A DNA stretch of 61,825 nucleotides, filler included, from Sluysia triapertura (GCA_046118255.1; 5 parts of 5 records of this genome joined end to end with filler, not necessarily neighbours in it); one strand, 5' to 3'; shown: positions 42,366 through 57,010, numbered from the whole stretch's first letter. The notes: generated by a model not told the origin, from the sequence alone. Program-made: numbers and translations.

Positions 42366-42716
42366 TGTAAGAAACCTCATCAATTCAGTTTAAATGACTT
42401 ATATGACTTCTAAAGGTTTATCAGAAACGTTATTTGAGGTTAAGTTTCAATAAAATCTACAATTTTATATTTTTAGATTTGACTTATTTTGTTAGGTTGT
42501 CATCACGACTTTCTAAAATCATTTAAATTATTTATAAATGTCTAAAAACACTTAAAAAATATTTATTTGCCAAAAAATAAAGTTTCTAAAAAAGAAAATT
42601 CGCTTCTATATATAGAATAGAAGCTTCTAGAATGTTCTAGAAAATTCCATCGATTTTCATTGGCTGATGGTTAGTACATAAACTAGCATCAGTTTAATGA
42701 AAATCGCCATTTTACA
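42366..42716 (-). mobile_element. Solo-LTR-like segment
   Basis: TGTAA...TTACA termini; on the minus strand CCAAT, heat-shock element, TATATATA and AATAAA occur in U3-R order. No TSD is seen. Confidence 0.5.
42620..42647. promoter_or_regulatory. Six-unit perfect heat-shock element next to a TATA box (42607-42614)
   Basis: GAAgcTTCtaGAAtgTTCtaGAAaaTTC is six alternating nGAAn pentamers. Confidence 0.7.
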
Positions 42717-44242
42717 ATTTTAAATTTAGTATTCAATCTATTCAGTGCATTAGCAATCCAATTACAAGCCGGATCGGGATTTTTTATTTAAATTATTTTA
42801 TTGTAAGGAGATTTTGACTTTCATATAAGCCAAAATCATAAAATCCAAGTAAAATTAAAATTAGGCATTATTATTATCCCGATATATTGAGGGAAAATCT
42901 CTTACTCAACTTGAAATATAAAATAAATCAAAGATCCCAAAAAGGATTCCGAGTGTTCTTTTTGTATCATAAGCTTGCACAATAAATACATAATGATTAG
43001 AATTATGTATGTGATACAATTGAGATATCATTTTCAAAGTAAAAGATATATTGTTATTCAAAACTTTATATTTTATGCAATTTTATTGGGCGCAAGTTTA
43101 TAATTTCCCTTATACTTTACCAAAATTATTATATTCTTGTAAATTATTATTTTATCATCTATTCGTTTTCTTGTACATTTTAAATATATTATTGCATGAA
43201 TTTTGTTGAATAAATAATTTGGTCAGAAAGATAATGTCGGTTCGTAATTCTTTCAATACGAATCCCAATTTTTACAATTTTATCATTTATTAACACTTTA
43301 TGTTTAAGTTGAATATTATATTTATCAATTTTGCGCGATGATTAACATTAAGTCTGTTGGACTTCATTACCCAAACACAAAATAGCATTGAAGTATAAGA
43401 ATTACTCATTTGGATTATAATATACGTGTTCATAATGTTACTACAAATGCATACTTGATAGTTCCTTCTGTTACTTCGTTCCGTGTTAAGGTTGCCATAG
43501 TAAACTAACGTTATTTTATAATTATTGGTATACGAATCAGAATTAATTAGTTTTGCTATATAATTATTTACATTTGAATCAGCATTGATTAACTTTATTT
43601 GACAATCGTTCGCGTTAAGTTGAGCACCATCTAAATAATTTATATAAACATCTCATGATTCTCAAAGGGCATAAGAGAATTATTAATCCCTAACCATTTA
43701 AAATCAGAATTCATAAAACACTAAGAAAAACTCTTAATCTTAACCACACATTTAGATCATTACATAACATCATTTCACAAAAGAAAGTCCACATTTTACA
43801 CTATTTAACGCATTTGCCTAATTCATCAACAGACACAAACATGGAATCTGAAATCCAAATTTTAAATACAACGAAAATCTAAAGTGTAACATAAACATCT
43901 TTCAAAACACTAACCAAAACTCAATCACTCATTCATAAATCATTAAATTGTTCTTGGTGCATCTTATGCAACTTTGACACTCAATAAACTCACAACGTTA
44001 TTTAGTCGACCATTCCGGTTTCAAACCAATCATTTATAACTTAAACTTAAACAGTTCACATTTTATAGAACTTTAAAGTTATAAGATATAATTCATTATT
44101 CACTAGGAAACTGCAGAAAATTCACTATAGTTTCCACCTATAGAATTAATATAATTTCGAGAGCTTTCACATTATTTTTTTACTGTAAAGATCTTGTGAA
44201 AAATGAAAGATATTTTTAGTCTGATAAAGATACAGGAAGACC

Positions 44243-44296
<54 letters not shown>

Positions 44297-44390
44297 TAAT
44301 AGTAATAATAATAAATTTGTGATTAATAAATTAATGATTACGTAAATTATTTATCATACAAATAAAACTGAGGCGAAAATTTAAAAATAT

Positions 44391-45230
44391 AACCATTTCG
44401 CCGCCGCTGGGACCAATTTGTCCCACTCGTATTTCTGCAAGTTTCTCAGGCTTAAGCAGGTCGCATTACATATTGTTTTAGAGGATTAAATAAGGACAAT
44501 GTTTTGCGTAATCGTTTCTGCTTTTAAAGTGTGTGCACAAAGTTATTTCAATAATATACCACCATTTTGTGAGAAAAATATTATTTGAATCAAATAAAAT
44601 AAGTGAAAATATTTATGGCTGATAATATGTCAAACTAAGATAGTGACGAAGATACCGACATCGAAGATACTGATTTATTGAATGATACATGGACGTGACA
44701 AAATACGCACTTTCAACCAAATTTTCATAATTGTGCATGTCATGCCAAACCAAATATTGGTAATCAATCATGGGACCAACTAATTTACTTCGAATATGCA
44801 GATGTCCTTTTCTGAGTTCATTCGTAAATCTGTCAAGTGGTAAAATAAGGTGTTTTTTCGTTTTCTTAATCTTTCTATCTTTTTATGCCATTCACTCAAA
44901 AAACAACAAATTGAATATTCCATCGCACTCATATAAACTGGAGATAGTGAGAAAGATTTTTCAGAAATATAATGCTTGCCAAGAAACTCATTCATTTCAG
45001 CGACCGTTTATCCAAGACTCATTGGGAGACATTTTCCTTGTTTGAATTCAAGTAATGACAGTAGAACTAATCGTAGACGTTGCCGCGTATGTTTTGTCAG
45101 AGGAAGAGACGCGAGAACAATTTATATGTGCGAAAATTTGGGAAAATTGAGTGCCTCTGCGTGTTCCTGATTGCTTTAGAACATTCCACACTATATTACA
45201 TTTTGATAGAGCATAATAAATTAACCAATT
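44391..45230 (+). mobile_element. Internally deleted piggyBac element
   Basis: TIR-like CCATTTCGCCGCCGCTGGGACCAATTTGTCCCA, an acidic N-terminus (DSDEDTDIEDTD) and the C-terminal Cys-rich domain RLIGRHFP...RRRCRVC...RTIYMC. Confidence 0.75.
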
Positions 45231-48200
45231 TTCACATTTTATGCTATTTTATTGAAAATACATGAAAAATTATACATTTTTAATTAATTTTGAACGCAAG
45301 TGGCGCCAACTTTTAAAAGGCTTTTCTCACATATATTCCAATTTTTACAATTTTATCATTTATTAACACTTTATGTTTAAGTAACTAAGTAGAGCTCAAT
45401 AATGATGCCTTTTAAAGCTTAAGATGAAACTTAATTAAAGTTTTAATAGTTAAATTAATTATATTTAGTAGAGTAATGACAAGAAAGAGATTCTTTTATG
45501 TTGTACATTTATGTATTAATGAAGTTTTATGTTTTCACACATTAAAAAGTAATTCTCATTAATATATTAAGGAATGAAATGCATTAACAATTACTTCATA
45601 AACAATATCGATATTATTCCCCGTAAAAAATATTAAGTAATTTATACGAAGCACATTGAAATCAAATAATTTCCATTCGGTTCAACTATATTTCATTATC
45701 AACCCTTATATCAACCATTACTTTAAATATACTTAAGCATTACTTAAATCCTTAAAATACAAAATTACTGAATATGGTAACTCAAATCATAACACTTAGT
45801 ATAATCAGCTAATCAGAATGCTTGACACTTTTCCACGGAGATCCATCTACACTCTTGCAAAGTCATTCATTAAATTTTATCGAAATACTTTATTTATCAA
45901 TTTTACAAATATACAATAATATCTATCGGCAAGTTTCTTTCACGGCGCCCAATCCGAGTTTGCAAATCCTTATGCACTATAACCTAATGACAGATGCTTA
46001 TTTTGCTATCGAAACAAAAGATATTTTTAACACTTTAAGAAAAGCACTCATTTAAAGCGATAACATAAGCAAAACAATAGATATATAATTAATATTTGTA
46101 ATGTCACGTTATCGGTAACAAAGGTATCCTTATGGCTAATATAAGATGCTATAAAAATTGTTTTTCTAACCATTTGGAAATGAATTAGTAATTAATAAAA
46201 ATATAATAATAAATTATCAACTAATAATAATATAATGCATATATTTGGTTGTGTAAATAAGATCAGTAAATTATATAAAATTATAAATATAAATGAATTA
46301 TTACTTTCGACAATTAATATTTTAGTAGATTGTAAGCAACAGTGATGACTTTGCTTTTATATTTGATAAAAATATTTTTCTGAAACAGGAAAAATAGCAA
46401 CAATACTTTTTTCGGATAGCTTTTGTTTATTCTTAAACTCAAAATCTTTTCTTTCTTTCTTCTGTTACTTTTATATTTCTATCTCATTTTTAAATGAATC
46501 CAAGCTTTAATTTTTAAATATTAAAACCTATTCCAATTATTTATTAAAATAAAGTCAAAATTTCATTTAAATATATTTTATTTAATATTTTTATATATAC
46601 GAGAATAAAAAGAATGTAAATTTCCTTTATAAAAATTCCAAAAAATCAATTTTTCTATTAAATATTTATTATCAATGAATATTTTATGATATATAAAAAA
46701 TATAGTAACATTTTCCTAATAAAAAGAATGAAATGTAAAAAAGGAATATTTATAATAGAGATGCGAACATGGAATACATTAATAATCAAAAATGAAGATT
46801 AAAGTGTAAAAAAATATATAATTTTAATATATACAAGATTTCTATTTTACTTCTTAATCATTATAAATAATGTTGCTAAAAGTAAACCATTTAATTCTAC
46901 AAATACAAAATTAATAATAAAATAAGCTACTTTTATTCTTAATAGTGAATAAACTTGAATGAGTTGTTGTTCAAAATTAATGGAATTCATATTCTTTTTA
47001 TAATACTTAGAAAATGACTTTAAAATATTATTTTTAATGTTGTAATAATCCATTAATTTATATAACGCTAATATTTGCTGGAAAATAATTAACCAAAATT
47101 CTTTAGAATGCGTCACTAAAGTAGAGAGATTTCATTTATTTCATTGATTTGACATTTTCTAGACACTGACTATAGAATTTTAAAACATAAACTTTATGCA
47201 GCTTGTCAATTATCTTAATATTTTGTCGTAAATACATTAATGGTGGTTTTCGCTTTTTTATTATTTACCAGAGTAACTAATTATTTATTACTTTAATTAT
47301 GTGGATATCTACCCTTTTTGCTATTGATAAAGAGTGTAATTCTTCAAGAAAAAGTTGTTTTATGAGAAGTGATTGAATACCAATTAATTTTTGACTAATT
47401 AAAATAAAATTTATATTTTAAAATAATAATAATAATAAGTTAGCCAAATATTATTATTTATATATTGAAATTTGGCAATGTTACATATTAAAAGAATCTT
47501 CTACAACATGCAACATTAAAAATAAAAATAACTAAAATAAACAAAACTACCTATTCAAGAATAATATCATTATTTAATTTATTTAATTTAAAGTACTGTT
47601 AATAAAAATCAATAATACTTTTATCCTTTCTTCAATTTACTATAATTTTAGTAAAAAAAGTAGCATTAATACCGTTTGGAATTTCTATATAAAGATTTAT
47701 TACAAACTTTTATAACGATGCATCATTTCTTGAACATATATAACAATCTTTATATAATATGCAACATAAATAAACTCAATTATTAAAGAAAAATAAATGC
47801 ATTTTGATGCATAGTGATGTTTTCCCGAATAAAATAAACCGCGATATTTTATTTCTTCTTCAGTTTGTTTATTCCCATTCGTAATGACTATAATCGTAAC
47901 ACAAAATTATAATCAATTTACGAAAATCTATTATTTCGGAAAATAAAGTCTTTATTTTTCAAAATTATTGATTTAGAAAGTACAGTTTAGCAAATATTAG
48001 TATATCTGTTCATACATTTTTGGAAAACATAAAAATAATATAAATTTAACAATATGAATTAAATATTAATTGCAAACTATGTGATGGACAAGATAAATGT
48101 TGACAAAATAATAAATAATATAATATGGTAATCATAATNNNNNNNNNNNNNNNNNNNNNNNNNNNNNNNNNNNNNNNNNNNNTTAATTAATTAANNNNNN

Positions 48201-50527
48201 NNNNNNNNNNNNNNNNNNNNNNNNNNNNNNNNNNNNNNGATTAGAAAAGAACCCAGCAATATTATTATTATTGTTATTATTATTATTATTATTAATAAAT
48301 TGTTATATTACAATTTGAAGATAAATTTAATTTAAAATGTGTAGATAAATTTATAGTTTAATAATATTTTAAAAATTTTATCAAAGTCAAGACCATCTAA
48401 AATACTATATAAAGAGAACAATAGGTAAGTCAATGCACAATACAAATATACAGTACCAATAACTACTTTTAAATATTTTTCACAAGAATTGTTATTTTAT
48501 AAAACTTTTGGATTTGTTCATTTACGAAGAATTCTTATTTTTACAATTGCTGTGAAAAGGAAAAAATTATTTTCGGAATTTTTCAATCTATAAATTCGGT
48601 TCATCGTTAGTTAAATTTTTTTAAGTATTATGTATTTTAGATAAACTAAATTATTAAAATCATTTCAAAAAAGAATACGAAGTTGATTATAAATTAATCA
48701 TACAAAATTTCATTGTACTAATTATATTTAAATTATATATCTAAATTTTATTGTATTGTAAATTGTACATTTTTATAATTGTTCGAATACTTCGACAAAT
48801 TTATTTATAATTCAGACTTAATAACAAAACCAATTTTTAAATTTTGGGCAGCAAAAAGTATTCATTTAAAATCTAGTAAAATAATCTTTAATCTTCAAAA
48901 AACAAGTTATAAAATCGGCAGTAAAATCTTGACGAGCCGTGGTCAAAATACGGCAGTAAAATCAATACCACTACTAAATTATTTTCATTTAAATTCCGAG
49001 ATTCATTAATTAAGAAATACTACATATTGATATCTTAGGTGCACGATAAACTATTAACTTTCAGAAAATATCGTATCCAATAAACGATAGTAAATTATAA
49101 ATTAAACTACCTAGTTATCCTCGAGTATACATTTATTGCTACCTACGTACTAGCCTTTAAGTGAATAAGTCTAAGACTCACGTTTCTCATTACATTACAT
49201 TTGACAAATCTGGCATCATTATTATTATTTATTCATTTATAATAATAATAATTATTATTATTATATTAGAAGCATTAGTATTAGCATTAGTATTTCTTTT
49301 ATTTAAATACTAGTATTGTTTTTGTTTAGTATTATTATTTTTTTGTTTAAATTCAGAATTTTCTACTTTAAAATAATTATACACTATTTATTTACAATTT
49401 ACAATTTTGTGCTTAAAGTTATGTTCTGATTAACAAAAAAACTGTATAAAATTTTTATATAAAATATTTGCAAGTTCTTAAATTTATCAATGAAATCGTT
49501 TATATAATAAATTAAAGAAATCTTGTTTAAAAATAAAAATCGATATCATTTGAATGAATAAAGTAAATAATAAATTGATGTCTTAATTGGAATCAAATAT
49601 ATTTAATACATATATTTTAATATAATTTCTTAAATATATAAATTGAAATATTATTTATGGTTTCATTTATGTTTATAAAAATTTTGTATTTAAAAATTCT
49701 TTTCTGAAATTGTGTAATGAATTAAAAAATCAATACTTTTTATATTATCGTTATAATAATAATTATGAGTAATTATATGTATATTATGAATCGGTAATAG
49801 ATATTTTCTCTGTACATTAAGTTAATTATTTAATGATTTTTTTCATCATAGTTTCATTTCATTTTATAATCCCGTACTTAATTGTTCGAAATTAACGTAA
49901 CATTGACAATGCAAAATTACAAAAAATGAACCAAATAAAATAATTTTTGCAACTTTATTTACAAAAACATTTATAAATTTATATTTTCAATGGTTTATAT
50001 TTTATATTATCATTTAAAGCATAATTTAACGATTTTCGGCAAACTATCGAACTCTCTTTATTTTGTATTTTCACTGAATCGTAATAGATGTAGCGTACCA
50101 CTTGACATTTCTTCTTAGTTTTATCGTTTTGATGTTGATTTATTAAGAAAATCGCTTATAAGTTGTTCATTCTTATTTTGCTAATAGATATTTCTTTCTT
50201 ATTTTCAACATTTCTATTTACATCAACACAATCTATATAATGCTAAGAAATAACAAGTTTATAAATGGTGGATCTTTTCCTGAAATTCATTTTTGATTGA
50301 TATTGATCAGTTTGTATGTGAAATATTTCTAAAGGGAGAATCATTTAAATCATCGCGTTGTTATTTTCAGATTTTTTTTCTAATTGTGTCAGTTGTCTTT
50401 TTAAATTTCTTTGTCAGAAGAATTACTACTTTTAATTACTAATTTTGTAATAAACGTTTTTCTTAATTTAATTTCAAAAGATAAAAATTTAAACAAAAAC
50501 ATTTAAGCATCATAAGTTTGTATAATT

Positions 50528-51113
50528 CAGGGTCAGATCTAGTGTTTTGAGCATTCTGGGCAAAACAAAATTTGACGTCCTTTCATACAATAATATATAA
50601 ATTTACTGCGAATTGAAAAAATAGTAAAAAAGGCAAAAAATCAAAATTACACAATAAAGAACTGTGTAAAAAATTTATTCATTTAAAAGATAATACAATA
50701 GTTACTCATTTACAAGCGATACAACATATGGAATAACTTAAAGAGCGCATTTGAAGTTTGAGCGACGAAGGAGCGAGAACTTTGAAAAGTAAGTTATGTT
50801 ATTCCTGTTGCATACGTATGACATACAAGATTTCTTTTAATCCTCTTTGTCAAAAATTCAATAATATAGTTAATTAAATTAAAATAAGATTGTAAACAGT
50901 ATACAATATTAAAATAATTAGCGTTGTGACCTTTATTTGGTATTATTAAAGAATAAATTTATTGCTTGCTAAAAAATCGTTGTCTCATGAAAAATGATCG
51001 ATTTTAATTTATAAAATCTAAAAAAAGTAATGAATGTAAAAAAATATTTTATTTTTATATCGACGTCGCTCAATGTTTGGCACCCGGCTTGCCAGCCTCT
51101 TTATCCGGCGTTG
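50528..51113. mobile_element. Degenerate non-autonomous DNA transposon (CAGGGCCGGAT-type ends)
   Basis: CAGGGTCAGATCTAG ... TTTATCCGGCGTTG imperfect TIRs; no clean TSD. Confidence 0.5.
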
Positions 51114-51249
51114 ATTCAATCTCTAAGGATTTTTTCTTGTATTTTTATAGTCTATTGAAATTATTTTTATTTACTATTTCTAGATGCATTTAAACAAAAA
51201 TAATTTGCCATTAAGTTTTTAGAGAAAGATTCATTAACAATGTATTTCA

Positions 51250-52460
51250 TTAAATAGTATTTATGAACGTTAACGTTAGTTGTTAAACACCACTTATCAA
51301 AGTTTTCCACCTGATACCTGTTACTAATGTCAATATTTACTAATATTCGGAATTCTGTTTATCATGGTTAGTGACTGATTTCAGTAGTAATAGTGGCACA
51401 ATATGAAGATTTGGTTTATGTTGGTAAGTTAATTCAAGTGGTATAGGCTGGTATTAAAGTAAATATTTAACAGATACTTGGGGACATGATGTATAGAAAT
51501 CTGAAAAGCATTTAAGCAGTATGTACAATATTATGCGTATGTGCTCCTTTATGTAATGTTTGAACAGTCAAATACTCTGATAGTATATAATATGTCTAAT
51601 TAATTTAGTGCTAATCTGAAATTTTAAATTACCTTTCTAAATTTCTAATTTTACTAATATCTTCAACTGCTTGACTTTGACTTACAACATTTTTCATGAA
51701 CTCTAATTACCTTCTCTCAAATTCAAGATATCTTTATTTAATGCAAGATTTGTAATGTCTCAACATCAATTAATGTATTTTCAAAATTATATACATCAAG
51801 AGTAAGACATTTGTTCTTTTTAAGCTTCAACATAGCTTCCAAATTAAAACCTACTATTTATGTTTGTATTGAAATATTTTTAATATTACTAACTTTATAA
51901 ATTCCTATTGCGTTAACAAATAGATAATAGCTAACAGATAATATATTAGATAATTCAAGATAATTTCAAGACATGCCGCTTCATCCTGAATGTGATTTTA
52001 ACTTTAAAAAATGTCATATTAAATTTAAAATTTAATTTATTTAAAATACACTGTGAACACATCTGTTACATTCAAATAAATAGCGAACGTTCCATACGAT
52101 TTCCAAAAAATCTAACAGAAATAAAACTTAGACTTATATTTATTACAAATGCATATTAAAACAATCTTGGAGTTTAAAAATAAAATATATGATTAATTTT
52201 AAAAATAAAATATAAAAGTTAACGTTACAAACCACCAGGACGCATCCTTCCATATATTTAATTTGAAATTACGTATCCGAAATTTCATAAACTAGAATAA
52301 GGTATAATTTTATATCCACATCTAAAAGTTCCTTGTCTTCTGAGTTAAATGAAGCACAGCCATACAAAAATTGTGAACCATACCAAACGAATCGTGTCTT
52401 TATTCAAAATATGATTTTGGACAAAAATTACGCAGTTATAACCGATAATGCATGAAAATA
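51250..52460 (-). pseudogene. Decayed coding fragments weakly resembling a dynein heavy chain C-terminal domain
   Basis: Ordered peptides FCPKSYF, YMEGC, FYTSCPQVSVK, HIVPL and RILVNIDI...DKW echo dynein F.P..F, GL.LEG, P.Y, R...idL...W. There are many stops and frameshifts. Confidence 0.28.
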
Positions 52461-55039
52461 ATGGATGTAAATTAAACATATAACACAATAAATTATTATT
52501 TAAATTAATTTCCAAAGTTCTAACAATGAATTACTAGAAGCACATATGGTGTGAAATCTTGTCGAGGCACGATTTTAATTAAAAACTTAATGTTGACGTA
52601 TTATGCATTAAAAATAGTTTCCCGTCTGAAAAGTTTCTAAAGAGTAGAGAAAATTATATCAAAAGTTATGTTGATGGGGTAATATGAGAAAATATAGTGT
52701 TACTAAATATTATTTAAAAGATGGAAAATTAATGTACAATGTATAATTAATTAATAACATCAATTATTATTGGAAAATTAGGAGTTTGATGTCACGTTTC
52801 AGATTTAATTACGTCGGTTTGACAAATAGTTTCCAGCTAAGTGAAGTTGAAGAGATTGAGTTTACCTTGTTCGATATTAGATTAGAAGCAAATATGATTA
52901 TAAAACTGTTACGTAAATGAATTAATGCAGAAAAAATAATTGGTAATATGAACCATGCACAAATGAGTATTCTGTTTCCAACGACATTGTGTCGGAAGCC
53001 TTGTGTTTCCATGATTTATTAAAGGATTATAGTTAGTTATTGTTTTGTTGAAACATGAATACATTAGATTTGATTTTTTGGGATATTGCTTTAAATATTT
53101 GGTTTAAATATTTGTGTTCTTCAAAGTAATGGTAAATTAACTATCATTTGATTAGTAAATGAACATTTATCTATAATACTTATTTATAATAGTTGATAAT
53201 TTTTACTTTGTGATTACGATTAAATCTTATTTTAATTTTTGTTTTTTAATTTTTAGACATTTAATAGATAATTTACATTTTTTAAAAAGTATAACACTCA
53301 CACGAATAATTTTATATAATGTAAAAGACAATTTATTTTATAGAAGTTTATCAATCAAGAAAATAGCTTTTTAAAATGCTTTTTTAAGTCTTTTACTCTG
53401 TTTTCACATTGAATGAAAATTGAATTCTTAGTAAAATAAAATAAAATGCATGATTTTCAAGTTCGAAAAACGAAAGTGAATCAATAAAATAAGTAAAAAT
53501 GAAAATTATTATATTAAATTACTTTTATTTTAATTTATAATCAAATCCACACAAAACTATCAATTACATTCAATCATTTACTGTTTCTTCTTCAAAATTT
53601 TAAATACAAATTACTTATTAAAATTAATTTATATTAAATAGTAAACTGTTTCAATATTTTATTATTATTAAATTTTATTATTTCATTTTTCTTTATTACT
53701 TTTTTCCTTCATGATTAAAAAAATGTTTTAATATTATTCAAAATGAACGATGATATGAGTAATACTTCTTATTTGACATCAAAAACTATGATTTTGAATC
53801 CGCTAATGTTATATAATATTGCCAAAGAATTAGAAAAATGACCCAAAATAAAGTAATAATTAAGAAAAGGTGGGTATTTAATTTTGAGTTAATTTAGATG
53901 CTCTTTTAATGATAAATCTAAGTCAGTTTTTTGCGATATTATTCTATAAACTGAACTGTTCACTCTATGGATCATAAGGAAGTTATCTACAAGAATTATT
54001 TATAATTCAATCATTAATTAATATTTTGTTTTCAGAGGAAACATCCGTTTCTGGGAATTATGGTAGTGTAGCGACGTTGAGGTTGAATTTTAGATCTTAC
54101 GGAAAAGATTTTAATAGTAGCTTTAACTGTGAACATTATAAATCCAATAAAAATGATAATCCTTTAGTAATAATATTTGTCAATAACGAAATATAATAAT
54201 AATCGATGAGAACATAATTAATTGTATATTTTGTGAAAAAACAAATATGTCAAATTGAAATAAGCAGTATAATTAAATTAAATAATTTAATTTACAAAAA
54301 AGTTTTAAATTAATTGGAATTTTAAATACGATGAAAAAGTTATGTTACATTAATGATTTAATAAAATATTTAATTTACAAAATATTTTAAATTAATTTGG
54401 ATTAAAAATCACAACAAAGAATTTTTACGAATTTCTACTCCTTGAGTTGCTATCAACACACGATTTTTGGCAATACAAGTTTAATATTAATATAGATCTC
54501 GGCAGTATTTTGATTTTTGAAGATTTTATGATTCAAAATCCGCAAGTCTATTTGCATTAAGTGTAGAGTTCAACTCATTCACCAACCTCTAACACATGCA
54601 ATCACAAATATCCAATACACATTACACCTCCGCCACATCTTATACACACAACAACACTGAAAATATAACACACTTTAAACATAGTACATTAATATACCCT
54701 AAATTAAATAGAATATAATATTTCTTAAGTTAAACAGAATATAACACATTTAAACTACAATAATCTATCACTTAACATCACTTCAATCCGCCGATATCGC
54801 CCTACCCAACTACACCAACATCGTGTCAATTACTTTTTATTACTAATATTGTTATTATTATCACAATCATTGTTACTAACATTACTATTCGATCAATAAT
54901 AAAGTAATTCATGTAACTGTCTTTTTAATACTTAATTATGTATCATTTATCGAAATTGGATTATTATGATCAACATGATTCTAATGACGATTTTGAAGAA
55001 GATCTACCTATCAAATTTACAAAAAAATTGTAAATTTAA

Positions 55040-55445
55040 AGAAGAGGATGCCGTAGATTCGTATATGATTCAGTATGGTAAGATTGGACGTGGTCATTTA
55101 CAATTTATTAAAAATGTCTTCAAAAAATTGGCGAATATGGAATTAATGACGAAAGAAGTATTTATTCCTGTGTCCATTACTCAAGTTGAATTTAACCATT
55201 TTCCTTTACAACAAAAAACTTGCATTGATGTATTATGTGCTACGGACGAAAACAATGTTATCCCGGATGATGAAGTAGCGAGCTTGGCTTATACAAGGTT
55301 TGGTTTACATACTTCACCAATGACTCGATTACAACGAATGCTTTTTTGGTGCCCCAAACTCCGCAACCTTAATTCTTGGCCAAAGCCTGAAAGAACACCA
55401 AGTGATCCTATTGAAGTAACCAGGTGGGCTATAACAAGAATGAAT
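55040..55445 (+). pseudogene. ECSIT: ECSIT (complex I assembly / Toll pathway intermediate) N-terminal domain fragment, intronless with an internal deletion
   Basis: GRGHLQFI...KEVFIPVSITQVEFNHFPLQQKTCIDVL...NNVIPD...FG...PMTRLQRMLFWCPKLRNLNSWPKP...PSDPIEV...RM parallels ECSIT RRGHV.FI...KEVFRP...HYPRQQ.C.I.VL...GVMP...FG...PM...W.P.....NP.P.P...P.DP.EL...M. The segment normally between the KL helix and KEVF appears to be missing. Confidence 0.8.
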
Positions 55446-55498
55446 TTGAAAAAAGATACAGATTCTGAACGTAGTATCTTAGATGATTAATCAAACGC

Positions 55499-55747
55499 TT
55501 GAATACAGGAGGTCTCAGTGCAGCCAATGAGCTAAAGTCTGTATTAAGTTATATGGGTTGCCTAGTTACACCATTATGTCCACCCGCTTTTATTTTGGAT
55601 CAAAAACTTCAAGAAAATAATCAATTTTATCCAAATAGTACCCAATATAAAAGTGTAAAATTGATGTTGCAACAACTGGTATACATTTGCAAAGCAAGTG
55701 GTCATTGGAAATTAATTGAAACACCTCCACCACTCACAATTACTTAA
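55499..55747 (+). pseudogene. C-terminal half of an NADPH-dependent FMN reductase (flavodoxin-like, SsuE/Lot6-type); no N-terminus or ATG
   Basis: GGLSAANELKSVLSYMGCLVTP resembles the family GG..A...L...L..lG....P motif and is followed by a C-terminal helix (VKLMLQQLVYICKA). Confidence 0.55.
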
Positions 55748-56403
55748 AAATAATTGCTTTAATGATTGATGTAACATTTGTTATTTGATTTTAAAAATAT
55801 ACAATAAATTAGGTACTTATAATAATCAATAGTTTGCAATAATAAAACTGATTTACATTACAATATATGTGGAATAGCAATATGCTGTCTGTGTTTTTTT
55901 TCAACCTACATTTTAAATTTAGCTCATTTATCAAAATAGAATAAATTTATTATGATTTAGTAAATATACAAATATATAAGCAAAAAAAAAGAAATTAAAG
56001 CATTGTTTAGCCACAAACATCTGAAAATATTATTGTTGAGTTCAATAATTTGCTCATTCGATTTTTTATTGAATTTTGACTTCATTTGTCAATAGATCTT
56101 CATAGGCTGACAAACCAGTACTAATTCAATGTTTTAGACTTAATTAGACATTAATTTCTAACTGTTATTATATAAATAAATAAATGGCTAAATAAAGTGA
56201 AGGAATGTACTTTAATATTTGATATAATGTTAAGCCATATGATTAACCTTGAAGGTCAAGATTGATAAAATGTTAATTAGGCAATTATCGAATGACAAAG
56301 CAGTTTCTGATTTTTTCTAATATGTTTAAATTTACGACAATTCGAAAATAAACAAAGCCAGCATTCTTCAAAAGTATTCAAAAAAATGAATTTCAAAAAA
56401 GAA

Positions 56404-56495
56404 ATGTCTAGAATGATAGTCAGAGCACGTCATAAATATGTAACTGATGAGATCGATGAATTGGCGGAAGATGATTTAATCAAGCTACTTATTTT
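56404..56495 (+). pseudogene. N-terminal part of an SH3 domain
   Basis: Translation [29 protein letters not shown] fits SH3 VRA.(H/Y).Y....DEL(SF)..DD.I.LL with a 2-codon deletion; the second half of the domain is absent. Confidence 0.5.
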
Positions 56496-56867
56496 TTGAA
56501 AATTGAATCAAATTCTACTCAAAGCTTACACCGTGATGTTTTATTCGAGTCTTCTACAGATTATTTAAGAAATATTGAATTTCTTATTTCGCTATTTCGT
56601 GTTTACAATCAAATGAACAGAGAATTTCGATGCGTCAAAATGCAGCAGGTAATTGGTAAAGAATGCATGAGTGCGGTCGAACAGAATTACGGTAAAGTTT
56701 TAGAAGCACTATTGTGTTTACGAAGCGACGAATCTGTATTTTTAAGACATACTGTTCAACAAGCAATGTCCAATATGTACATGACTTTTCGTAAGAGAGG
56801 CGATACAAGTAAGAAGCCTGCCATGACCGAATCGGCGAGTATTTTACATCAAGATAAAGAGCCTACT

Positions 56868-57010
56868 TCAGAATTCGAAGTAAATGTATTACGTTCTAAA
56901 GCGAAGGAAATATTGATGGAAGATAGTAATGTTCAATTAGTTGATTCTTCTGTAACAGTTTGTGGCGACATGCATGTTCGATTTTATGTCGTAACGGAAC
57001 TTTTTAAGAA
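56868..57010 (+). pseudogene. N-terminal fragment of a PP2A-family Ser/Thr phosphatase catalytic subunit (PP4C-like), fused in frame to unrelated upstream sequence in ORF 56496-57077
   Basis: [45 protein letters not shown] versus PP4C [45 protein letters not shown]. GDxHG has decayed to GDMHV and similarity stops abruptly. Confidence 0.85.
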
